This document shows positions 48,108 to 59,938 of a stretch of DNA of 64,000 bases, piece after piece (the first letter of the stretch is position 1; each line of letters begins with the position of its first letter). The notes beneath the pieces were generated by a model, which saw only the letters and a program-made list of their open reading frames with translations, was not told where the DNA came from and made no database searches. A program made the position numbers and the translations under genes. The stretch covers positions 239,940,001 to 240,004,000 of the forward strand of contig NC_091472.1 of NCBI RefSeq assembly GCF_036971445.1, in the 5' to 3' direction. This stretch comes from Narcine bancroftii. Lineage: Eukaryota.

Positions 48108-51100
48108 AAAGATTGGTGGATATATGTTGATTCAATTCGTGGAGTAGCAACTAGAAGTTGTCTCTGTTATCTGGCAACATGAGTTGGAACTTCCCCACAC
48201 CTTCTAGCAGAGTTAAATTCAAGCAATTGACTACATTTATGATTTAAAAAAAATTGCATTAAAGGTGGTGACCATGGAATGACTGGACTGTCATTAAAAA
48301 AACAACCTAATTAACTAAAATGATTCAGAGAAGGAACTTTGCCCCTTTCAAGTGGTCCCATTTACAAATGATAGCAGATCCACAACATAGAGATTAACTG
48401 TCTTCCCAAATGGTTGAGAAAGCCATTTGTTCAAAGTTCACTTTGGTAGGTTGTTCTTGAGACCTATGTGCAATTCTGGTCATTGGAAAGGGCACAGAAA
48501 AGATTTACCAGAATGCTGTATGGATTATAGGGTGTTCGTTATTGGAAGAGGTTGGAAAAACTTGGCTTGTTTTTTTCTGGAGTGCTGGAGGCTGCAAGGA
48601 GACCTGATAGTAGTTTATACAAATGATGAGAGGCATGATAACATGGTCAGTCAGAATCTCTTTCTCAGGGTAATAATGTCACATACTAGAGAACAAGTTT
48701 GTGGGGGGTGGGGGGAGAGTTTAAAAGAGATGTGTGGATAAAGTTTCTGTGCACAGAGAGTGGTGGATGCCTGGAATGGGCTGCCAAGGGTAGTGGTGGA
48801 AGCAGGTACAACAGTAGCACGTGAGAAGCTTCTAGATAGACATGCATTTGCAGGGATCCAGGGGATACATATGATGTGCAAGCATTAAAGTTTAATTATT
48901 GCCTTCCAAACAAAGTGCTGACCCAACATGTCCACATCCAATAAACAGATAAAAAGAAAGTTAATTTTGAATGATGTGTCTGGATTTATCACCAGTGGGT
49001 CAGAGTTTGCTTGTGCAGGACATCTTGTGGCCTGTTCTGGTAGCTGGACTTGATCTTTCACTTCAGATGATTTAATCACGAAGTGACTGGAAATGTAAGA
49101 TGGCAACAGCACAGTGGGGGGGGGGGCTAAGGAAATCTGATCAACAGCAAGACAGGGTTGTCCCTTATGATGATGAGATTAATGGACTGAGAAACAAACA
49201 GATGACGAGCTGAGAGAAAGGGTAAATCAAATTAATGGATTCAACATCAAATCAGGGCCAGAATGAAAAATAAAATGAACCAAGGAAAGACTGGATTCAG
49301 AGAAAGAAGGGGCCGAAAAGGAAAAAAAAGTAAAATGACAAACTTCAATTAACGTGTGGGAGGGAGATTTCACAATGTTAATGGAATCACAGAAGCTGGT
49401 TTTTCCACTCAACTTGTCCAGCATCAGTGCTGAGATGGGAGTGGGAATGACAATATAAAGGTAATGGAGGAGGGGAGAGGTGAGATGGGGACAGGTGGAT
49501 GGAGGAGTTATGGAGATAGTTAGTGGGGTGAAGAGGAGGGCTAGAGTTGGGAGATGAGGACAGGGTCAAGCAGACAAGGATAAAAAGACAGAGGAATCAT
49601 GTAGGCTAGAGAAAAGGTGAAGGAGGAGACAGTTGCTGAAGTCCTTCTCATGTCCTGGTTTGAAATATCATTGCCAGGGGAAACAGAATCTGTTCATCTA
49701 CCCTCAATGGTCCTTAGAATTAAATATTGTCACCTCTCAGTGTCCTTTGTTTTGGGGAAATCACTGAGGACCCCTTCCACCCCGCACACATCATCTTTGA
49801 GCTATTCCCATCGGGGAAAATGCACAGGAGGATCAGAGCCAGTACCACCAGGCTGAGGAACAGCTTCTTCCCATGGGCAGTGAGAATGCTGGATGGCCAA
49901 AGGATCTGCTCACACTAACCATCCGAGACTCCCATTTTCATGAAACAATATTTATTTATTTGTGCCCATGAATACGTGTCCTGTAAATGTATTGTGTTAT
50001 GTCTTGGTTGTGTGTCTGCAAGTTTTGCACAGAGGACCGGAGAATGCTGTTTTGTTGAGTTGCACTTGTACAATCAGATGACTTGAAAACAGACCCAGCT
50101 ATCCATTCCCTCTTTATAGCTCAAGCCCCCTAATCCAGACCATAACTTTGTGAATCTTATATCCACCATTTATAGTTCAACCACATTGTGCATGAAAATG
50201 ATTATAAAACCTCACGAGAACATGGGAGTGAAGACTGAGTATGTGGAGTAGAACCTGTGTGAGTTTTGAATTAACCCTATAGTTAGATGCAAGGAAAATC
50301 AAAGGAAAAGATCAGCAAAATAACTGCCCACTTGGGCCCGGTAAACATATTTATCCTGAGCTCCTTTTATTGCTCGATAGTTAACTCTTTGGTTGCTGAA
50401 TAAAATGTTTTGAAAATGCAATTTGCTCTGTCCCAGTAAACAAAACTGGGGATTTTTTACTTTTTGAACAAGGGAGGGATTTTGAAACCAAGGGGATCTT
50501 CGTCTTCCTGATTCAGTCCAGACCATATGAAGTCATTCCATTTGAACACTTTGAACGTGTTTCCAGTCCATGAAACACGTACGCCTAATTACACCCAATA
50601 AATCTACCAAACCTGTAAATTTTTAAGAGTGGGAAGAAACTGGAGCACCTGGACATAACCCACGCAGTTCACGGAGAGAAGTACAAACTCCGCAAAGACA
50701 GAGGCAGATTCAAACATGGGCCACTGGTGCTGTAAAGGTGTTGCGCTGAGCATGTCTGTGGAGGGTGGTGGAATCTCCTTCAATGTTGACTGTCAAAAGG
50801 TGGCGTGAGAAGAAAAAGATGCAGTTATGCAGGGAAGGAATTGGGAGTGTGATTGACTGAGTCTGCCTTCCAGAGACCAGGAATGGGCAAAGTGGATATA
50901 ACAATCTCAGTCCATGCTATGGATTCTCAGATACTCTGTTCCTTTCCTGATCCTATGGACTTTACAGAATCTAACAACATTTGTGATCCATTTAGAGGTG
51001 AATGAGAACTTAGCTGCTTTGCATTCCTTGAACAGTCATCTTAGGACTTCATTCTGTTTTCAAGATGTTTCACAGCGCTTTGTAAGCAAAATTTAGCATC

Positions 51101-51719
51101 ATATTTTAGTTGTGTCTCTCTCAATAACAAAAGCACACTCTTTCATTCCCACTGGTTTCTCTTCAACAGATCCATTTTTTGATACCTGGGCATCTTTGGT
51201 CAGCAAAGCTGACAGTTATCAGTTCTTTCTAATTGCCCTTAACCGGGGGTAGTGAGCTGCCTTCATGAACAACTCTAGTGCTCTAATTGGCAGTCCCCTC
51301 ACAGTGCTGCAGGGGAGGGAGGGTTTCAGAATTTACACCATCATGGACAGCAATTTATTCATGTTTTTGCAGATGAGGTACACTAGAGTTTCTGTGTACC
51401 AGTGTTGCAAGAGGCCAGACAAATAAATTGCTTTGTCCTGAATGGTGTCATTTCCTGAGAATTTTTGGAACTGCACTTAGGCAAGCAGAAAAAATTCCTT
51501 GACTTGATCCTTTTGGGTTCTCGAAAGTCTCAGGGATGTCACTTGTTAATGATATGACAAACTGGGGGTTGGTAAGTGAGGTATTGACTTGCAAGGACTA
51601 CTCAATAAAACTGCCAATGGAGCAATTCTGGCCTTTGTTGAGAGCAAATGGCCAAAATAGATCAGGAGTGGGTACCAGTCGGGAAGATGGCAGAGCAGCA
51701 ATAGATGGACTTTCTCCAA

Positions 51720-52841
51720 GAAATGGGAAGGAGCAAGATAAACAGACCAAAAATTAAGAAATATTCAAATAGAAAAATGTCACAACAAGCCTGACGAGGG
51801 AAGTCAAAGCTAACCTGAAGCAAAGCAAAGGGCGTACTAAGAAGCAAAAATCAGTGGGAAGGTAGAAGATTGGGAAGTTCTTAAAAACTTACAGAAGGTA
51901 ACCAAAATAACTCATAACGAGGGAAAAGATAGTGTATGAAAATAGGCGAACAAATAATACCTAAGAGGATACAAAAAGCTTCTTCAAGTATATAAAGAAT
52001 AAAAGAGAGGTGAGAATAGATATAAGACCACTGGAGAAATAATAATAGGAAACAAGGAGATGGCAGAGGAACTAAATGAGAATTTTTCATCAGTTGTCAC
52101 TGTGGAAGACACTAGCAGTGTGCCAGATGTTGGAGAGCATCAGGGAAGGGAAGTGAGTGTTGTTACAATCACAAGGGAGAAGGTGCCCAGAAAGCTCAAT
52201 GGTCTAAGGGTGGATAAATCTCCTGACCAGATGGATTGCACCCTTAAGTCCTAAGGGAGGTAGCGGTAGAGATTGTGGAGACATTAGTAATGATCTTTCA
52301 GAAATCAATAGATGAAACTACATGGTTCTGGGGGACTGGGAAAATCTCAGATGTCAGCCCAGTATTCAAGAAGGGACGGAGGCAGAGGAAAAGAATTATA
52401 GGATAGTTAGCCTGATGTTAGTGGTTGGGAAGATATTGGAGTTGATTGTAAAGGGTAAGGTTATAGAGTACTTGGAGGTGCATGACAGGATAGGCCAAAG
52501 GTTTCTTTAAGGAAAAATCTTTCTTGACAAACCTATTGGAATTGACAAGCAGGCTGGATAAGGGAGATGCAGTGGTGGTTGTGTATTTGGATTTTCAGAA
52601 GGCATTTGACAAAGTCTACTGAAGAAGATGATAACATGAGGCTACTTATAGAAGGGCCTATGGTATTAAAAAAAACATGTGAGTGTGGGTAGAGCATTAG
52701 CTGATTGGCAGGAAGCAGAGAATTGAAATACAAGGATTACATTCTGATTGACTGCCAGTTGCAAGTGGTTAAATGGAGGGAGGAAGACTCAATGGGCTGA
52801 ATAGCTTATTTCTGCTCCTACAGTATGTCCTATGGTCTTAT
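51720..52841 (+). mobile_element. CR1 LINE fragments (decayed)
   Basis: MAEELNENFSSV, RVDKSP, NYRIVSL and YLDFQKAFDK segments. Confidence 0.75.
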
Positions 52842-53546
52842 GATGTGTAGTGGGACAGTTGGACTCAATGCACAGCTATGCCTGGAACACAAATCTTCCG
52901 CACAACTGGGATGTTGCCTGCCACCATAACCATTCCTGCAGGAGGGCAGTTAGCTGTTCCTTGATGTCAGACCTCTTTCTGTTACTCTTACTCCATTGTG
53001 ACTGACATTCAGATTATCTGAAGGACTAACCATCACAATGAGAAAGGAACAAAACATTGACTGACACTGTGGTGTTAATGTCAGCAACTCATAATGGTCG
53101 ATGTGCTGGAATCTGAACACACGCTGTTTGCAGCTAACCATGCAATGTTGTGATCAAAGCAGTGTTCTCTGGCTCTTCAACTTGACCTGTTTCAGAGGGT
53201 ATCTGGGCCATTGTATCAGCCCATCAGAAATGGGCCCTTTGTGCTCAGGACTTGTTCGAGAATTGCCATGGAAGCAGGCTTTAAGGAGTACAATGGGCTG
53301 TAATGCCTGGTCAAGCTCTCTGCAGACAATGAAATTGACATGGAGGCAGAATGAGGCCAAGGGGACATAGGTGCTTTCACATACTTTCTTTTGCACTCTG
53401 TGTCACGTTTTGTTGCCTTTAAAATAATGTCATTATTGGAATAACAAAAGTGCAGCAAAGAGAGGCCTTTCCACTAACATATAAAAACCAGGCTGTGTGA
53501 GGCCGTGAGACATTCAATTAGTTACCAGGTAAACTGTGAGGACAAA

Positions 53547-54856
53547 ATGGGAAAGGCAAGGATAACTCCAAGTTTCAATGCTATGTTAGAGTTCTTTATC
53601 CTGTTACCCTCATTCATTGAGAAAGGATTAATTAACCTGTTTGTCTCCCACAGATCATCTTCTATGAGGACAGGAGCTTCCAGGGCCGGCACTATGAGTG
53701 CAGCTCCGACTGCGCCGACCTCCACTCTTACTTCAGCCGCTGTAACTCCATCCGTGTGGAGAGTGACTGGTGGGTGCTGTACGAGAGGCCCAACTACATG
53801 GGGTACCAGTATGTCCTGAGCAGGGGCGAGTATCCTGACTACCAGCACTGGATGGGGTTTGATGACCGTGTCAGGTCCTGCCGCAGCTTCCCACAGGTGA
53901 CTTGCTCTCGGTGGTGTTGATATTCCACTCACCCAGGTGACCGCAGGACTGAGATTTCTGTGCCCCTGCTTCAACACACACCAGCTGTTGGCAAGGCTGA
54001 TTTCAACTCTTCACCAGTGGTGGAAACTTGGAGGGAGATGATTAATTTCCTATCATGGATCAATTTACTAATTCAGTTAAATCAGTTCTTGCAGTTTTGT
54101 TCTGCAATCATGTAATGTGATTCTGCAATCACCTTCAGGCAAACATATTGGCATTATGTGATATACAGGCTGTTGTAAGGTTTCTGAGCATCTGGACCAT
54201 AACAATTTTTTTGAAACAAATCAACCATGCAGACTAAAAACCAATTCATCCCATTGTTGTGTTGAGAAAAATATTAGTGGTCACTGCAATAAACATTTGG
54301 CGGTCTTTGTACTCATTCTATTAGTTTTACAGTGACAGTTTGGGGCATGAAAGTAGCAATCTCTCCACCTGTCCCATCACCACCCTCACTTCCACTGTCA
54401 CCTTCGCTCAAACAGAGCAAGAGTCCTAACACTTAGAACAATAGGTAATATTTTACCAATGATGACCTGCCATGGATTTGTACGGTCTCTGCTAAATAGT
54501 CTTCACTATTGGGAATCTCACTTTATGCAAGTAATAATGTATATTTGCAGCTTCAACATGGTTTCATTCTCTGATTCCAGTACCGAGGGGGCTCCTACAG
54601 GATGAGGATTTACGAGAGGCCAGACTTTGGAGGGCAGATGATGGAATTCATGGATGACTGTCCCTCCGTCTACGATCGTTTCCGTTACCATGACATCCAC
54701 TCCTGCCAGGTGACAGATGGTTACTGGATCTTCTATGAACAGCCCAACTACAGAGGCCGTCAGTACTTCCTGAAACCCCGTGAATACAGGAGATACAGTG
54801 ACTGGGGCGGCTACAACTCCACCATCGGGTCCTTCAGGCGTATGAGGGACTTCTAA
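53547..54856 (+). CDS. cryg: gamma-crystallin, 175 aa; exons 53547-53555, 53654-53896, 54581-54856
   Basis: MGK|[30 protein letters not shown]...RSFPQ|[14 protein letters not shown]...FRRMRDF*. Intron 1 is GC-AG (AAG|GCAAGG). TATAAAA at 53480-53486, AATAAA at 54907. Confidence 0.92.
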
Positions 54857-56004
54857 AAGATTCTTCTGAAAGCACACTTCTATCTTGTTGAGTGCATTGT
54901 CAACATAATAAAATAATATCCCTTAAATACATTGTTATTTTGTTTAATTCTTTTAGTTTTGAATATAAATATTGAAACATTGGGAGGGAGTCTCTTGAGA
55001 CAATTATCCAGCAGTATCTGTCAGTGACGTGATTGGCATGGACATGATCAGAGATACAGAGATGGCTTAGGCCATGATCCCAGGCAGGCACTTCACAATG
55101 TCTCACTGACCCATCTGAAGGTTATCTGGGTGGTCTTCATCTGCCAGTAAGGAAGAGATGAACACCATTTCCCCCTCACCCTCCACCACAATCCTCCCCT
55201 TTCCACCCTGCTGCCCTCTGCATCGACTACATTATCCCTCAATTTTTGTGGCAGCTGCAATGAGATTTCCCTGCTTATCATGTCTTACCCTCTGGCCCAC
55301 TCTTCCCTCCCAATCTGCTCCTCTCTGATCCTGAGCACTTCCCAACGGCAGAGCAATGCCCAACACCATCTGGAACAACGTGGTAGTCTGAAACTCCATG
55401 GCTTGCATATTGAATTTTCCAATTTCAATTAACTCTAGCTCCACTGCTCCCCTCTCCCTTGGCTTCTGATCCACCTCCAGACCTCCCATTTTGGATCCTT
55501 TTCACTTACTCCCATCCCACCCCACCCCCACCATACATTTTCATTTCTTTCCCCCTTTTGATTTCATCCACTCCCCGTTCATCTCATCTCAACCCTGTGG
55601 ATCATTACACCATCTGGTTTGACCAGTCCTTTAACTCTCCCTCCATAGTTCTCAGCAATCCCTTCCTTCATTCCCAGATTCCAGCACGTGTCCCTGTTTG
55701 TCACTCTCTCCTTCTTGTACTCTTGTCGTTGTGTCACCAAACGCTGCCCTCACTCCATTTATAAGTTTGGAGACAAGATCACTGCGGAGAGCCGGATCAC
55801 AATCAACAAGGAGACCGAGTAAAGGAAGGAAATGGAGAGCCTCATGCCAAGGGGTCAGGATAACAATGCTTGAAAAAGGAAGGAGCTGGTCATTCATTTC
55901 AGGAAAAGGAGAGGAACACACATCCCTTGTTTCGAGGAGGCCCCTGATACATATTGGTAAAAACACATTGCTGGTGAAACTCAACAGGTCAAACAGTGTT
56001 CAAA

Positions 56005-57360
56005 TAGCATGGTTCCGAAGGACTGGAAAATCGCAAATGCTACGCTGCTATTCAAGAAGGAAGGGAGGCAGCAAAAAGGAAATTATAGGCCTGTTAGCCT
56101 GACGTCAGTGGTTAGAAAGATGTTGGAGTCGATTGTAAAGATGAGATTATGGAGTACTTGGAGGCACATGACAGGACAGGCCAAAGCCAGCATGGCAAAA
56201 TCTTGCTTGACATACCTATTGGAATTCCTTGAAGAAGTGACAAGGGAGATGCAGTGAATGTTGTGTATTTGGATTTTCAGAAGGCATTTGACAAGGTGCC
56301 ATGCATGAGGCTATTTAACAAAATAAGAGACCATGGTATAACAGGAAGCATATTAGCATGGGTAGAGCATTGGCTGATTGGCAGGAAACAGAATACAAGG
56401 ATCATATTCTGATTGACTGCCAGTTACTAGTGGTGTCTCACGGGGGTCAGTGTTGGGGGTGCATCTTCTTATGTTGTATACTAATGAGTTGGAATATGGT
56501 GTGAATGGCTTTGTGGCCAAATTTGTGGATGATATGAAGGTAGGTAGAGGAGCAGGTAACACAGATTCATCATGGAGGCTGCAGATGGACTTATTAGGAG
56601 ACTGGGCAGAGAAGTGGCAAATGAAAGATGATGTCGAAAAGTGTACGGTCATGCACTTTGGTAGAAGTAATAAACAGGCAGACTATTTTTTTAAATGGGG
56701 AGAAAATTGAAAATAGATGCAAAGGGACCTGGGAGTCCTCATGCGGGTAAACTTGCATGTTGAAATGGTGGGAAGAAGGCAAATGCAATGCTGACATTCA
56801 TTTCGAGAGGAATGCAATATAAGAGCAAGGATGTGATGCTGAGGGTTCACGAGGCTCTGGTGAAACTTCACTTGGAGTATTGTGAGCAGTTTTGAGCTCC
56901 TCATTTCAGAAAAGATGGGCTGAAGTTTGAAAGGGTTCATCGGAGGTTCACTGGGATGATTCTGGGAATGAAAGGGTTATCATATGAGGAGTGTTTGACA
57001 GCTCTTGGCCTGTATTTATTGGAGTTTAGGAGAATGAAGGTGGGGGGGGGGGGGATGTCATTGAAACATTTTTAATATTGAAAGGCATGGACAAAGTAGA
57101 TGTAGAAAGATTGCTTCCCATGGTGGAAGAGTCTAGGAAAAGAGGGCACAACTTCAGGATGGAAGGGCATCCACTTAGAATTTCTTCAGCCAGATAAATC
57201 TGTTGAATTTATTAGCAAGGCCATTGTGGAGGCCAGGTCATTGAGTGTATTTAAGACAGTGGTTCTTGATTAACCAGGGAAATGGATCAGCTCATGATTA
57301 AATGGCAGGGCAGACTCAATGGGTTGAATAGCCTATTTCTGCTCTTATGCCTTATTGTCT
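56005..57360 (+). mobile_element. CR1 LINE ORF2 fragment (decayed)
   Basis: VPKDWKIANATLLFKK...NYRPVSLTSVV and VAKFVDDMK. Confidence 0.85.
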
Positions 57361-57649
57361 TTTGGAAGAGATAGTGAGAGAACAAATTCTTAAGATTACC
57401 TTCCCTACTCTAACCAAATTAACATTACCACCAAGAAAGCACACCAGAGAATTTAACTTTTATTACCATCTGACTGGACATATGCAAACAGACAAAACAG
57501 CCTTTCTCCAGACCACTGTGCACACACATGCCCACATAACACATTTCTCATGCAGCACATCATGATAACATACATACATAAAAATATAATATAAAAAATA
57601 TGGATAAATAATCTAGAACAATTTATTCATTCCATTTCTAAGAGACCCA

Positions 57650-58260
57650 TGGTGACAGGATACCATTCATTAATTCCACAGCCTACGGGAAGAAGCTATC
57701 TTCCAACCTGGCCATCCTGATTTTGATACTCCTGTACCTCCTACCTGATGAGTGATCCTGAATGATGGATGGTAGGGATCCTCAGTAAATTCTTGATCCC
57801 TATTTAAGCAACATTTCCAGTAAATGTCATCAGTAGAGGAAATGATTTTTTGACATTCCTCTATATTGACTTCCAGTCTGATGCTTTGCAGCTACCATGC
57901 CCCACAAAGATGCAGCCTGACATGACACTCTTGATTGTAAAATGATGTCAAGATGGGGACTGGTAGCCTTGCCCTTCTCAACCTCCTTAGGAAGTGTAGG
58001 CACTGCTGCACCTTCTTACCTAATGAGGAGATGTTGCGGGTCCTGGATAAGTCATTCATTGTATGCATGCCAAGGAATTTAGTGCTCTCCACTCTCTCCA
58101 TGACATAGCCATTGATGTGTAATGGATAGTGGTTGACCTTCGTCTGCCTAAAATCCACAATCATCTCCTTTGTCTTATTCCCATTTAAACTCAGGTTATT
58201 GTTCTCGCACCATTTAACGAGCCTCCCAACTTCCTCCCTGTAAGCCGACTCATCATTCTT
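57650..58260 (-). mobile_element. Rex/L2-like LINE fragment
   Basis: MIVDFRQ...VESTKFLG...QQCLHFLRRLRR. Confidence 0.7.
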
Positions 58261-59019
58261 CGAAGCCTGAAGAAATTGGGCATGTCCCCAAAGTCTTTTC
58301 GAAGTGCACCATGGAAAGTATCAGTTCTAGGACAGGAACTACTCTGCCCAAGATCAAAAGGAACTGAACAGTACTGTGGTCATCACACAAACCAGCCTCT
58401 CCTCTATCAACTACACCTACAGTTTCCATTGTATTGGAAGAGTTACTGAAATATCACCTCAGTCACATTCTCTTCTTTCCCCCATCTGTCAGGCAGAAGA
58501 TACATAAACTCAAGAACATAAACCTTCAGATTCAAGAGCAGTTCCTTTCCTGCTGTTACAAGACTCTTGAATGGATGTTATACTGGAAAAAGCTGATGCC
58601 CCTGCGCTGTCTTTTAGAACTGTATTTTTCTCTTTTCCTGCACTGTTTGATGGACTGTATCATGCACTATTTGACATTATCACACTACTCCCCACAATGT
58701 TGCCTTACATTACTCTGCCTGCTGCATGCATTAGATTATTCGCACAAATGATGGTAGATCCCATCCCCCAGATATCCCTCTATTAATCTTCACACCACAG
58801 ATGTTAGGGGTCTGTCTGGAATCATGGCCTCAGCTTTCTCCGCATCTCTGTATATGTCCATGTCTGTCACAACACTGAAAGATAATTGTGCTAAAGTACT
58901 TATATGAGACTGTAAGCTCAAAATAAAAGAATTAAGCAATAAAAATGTGCAATGAGATTATTTTATTATGTTAACACTGCAATCCCCACAAGATAAAATT
59001 ATGTTTTCAAGAGAATCAT

Positions 59020-59938
59020 TTAGAAGTTCCTCATGCACCTGAAGGACCCGATGGTGGAGTTGTAGCCACCCCAGTCACTGTATCTCCTGTATGCGCCAGG
59101 TCTCAGGAAGTACTGACGGCCTCTGTAGTTGGGCTGCTCATAGAAGACCCAGTAACCATCCATCACCTGGCAGGAGTGGATGTCACAGAAATGGAAACGA
59201 TCATAGACGGAGGGACAGTCATCCATGAATTCCATCATCTGTCCTCCAAAGCCAGGCCTCTTGTAAATCCTCATCCTGTAGGAGCCCCCTTGGTACTGGA
59301 ATCAGAGAATGAGGCCATGTTGAAACTGCAACTATTCATTATTACTTGCAGAGACAGAGCTTCCCTAATAGTGAAGATCTATCAGCATTGACAGTGTGGT
59401 TGAGACAATTCTAACCAAGTAGGTTGATTAAACTTGAGTTTTCTTAGCAGCTGACCTGACACTGTCGTTGAACCCCATCCTGTGCTGGTAGTCAGGATAC
59501 TCGCCCCTGATCAGGACATACAGGTACCCCATGTAGTTGAGCCTCTCGTACAGCACCCACCAGTCATTCTCCACACGGATGGAGTTACAGCGACTGAAGT
59601 AAGGGGACAGATCAGCACAGTCGGAGTTGCACTCGTAGTGCCGTCCCTGGAAGTTCCTATCCTCGTACCAACCCCAACCAACCAATTTTCCCCTGCAACC
59701 GCTGCAATCGTGTCTGCCTGTCCCGCATCGGACTTGTCAGCCACAAACGAGCCTGCAGCTGACGTGGACTTTTTTACCCCCTCCATAAATCTTCGTCCGC
59801 GAAGCCAAGCCAAAGAAGAAGAGAAGATGATCTGTGGGAGACAAACAAGTTAATCAATCTTTTCTCAATGAATGAGGGGAACAGGATAAAGAACTCTAAC
59901 ACAGCATTGAAACTTGGAGTTGTCCTTGCCTTTCCCAT
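59020..59938 (-). pseudogene. gamma-crystallin pseudogene, inverted paralogue of the 53.5-kb gene
   Basis: Exon 1 at 59938-59930 has a GC donor. Exon 2 is split after codon 3 by a 155-bp RTE insertion and lacks its last ~19 nt and donor (homology stops at ~59453). Exon 3 (59295-59020) is still open. Confidence 0.9.
59668..59822 (+). mobile_element. 3' stub of the young RTE family inserted in crystallin exon 2
   Basis: ccaaccccaacc...gccaagccaaagaagaaga matches ~2130-2280. Removing it restores cctcgta|gaagatgat. Confidence 0.93.

Noticed and set aside
53101-53458. ORFs apparently conserved at two loci (53.1 kb and 60.1 kb)
   Set aside because: All frames are equally conserved because the DNA block is duplicated. 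No codon-level signal or known motif.
59428-59685. Possible rescue of the minus-strand pseudogene through a cryptic acceptor in the RTE stub
   Set aside because: The two nearest AG sites add 25 or 34 nt (out of frame), and the exon-2 donor is deleted anyway.
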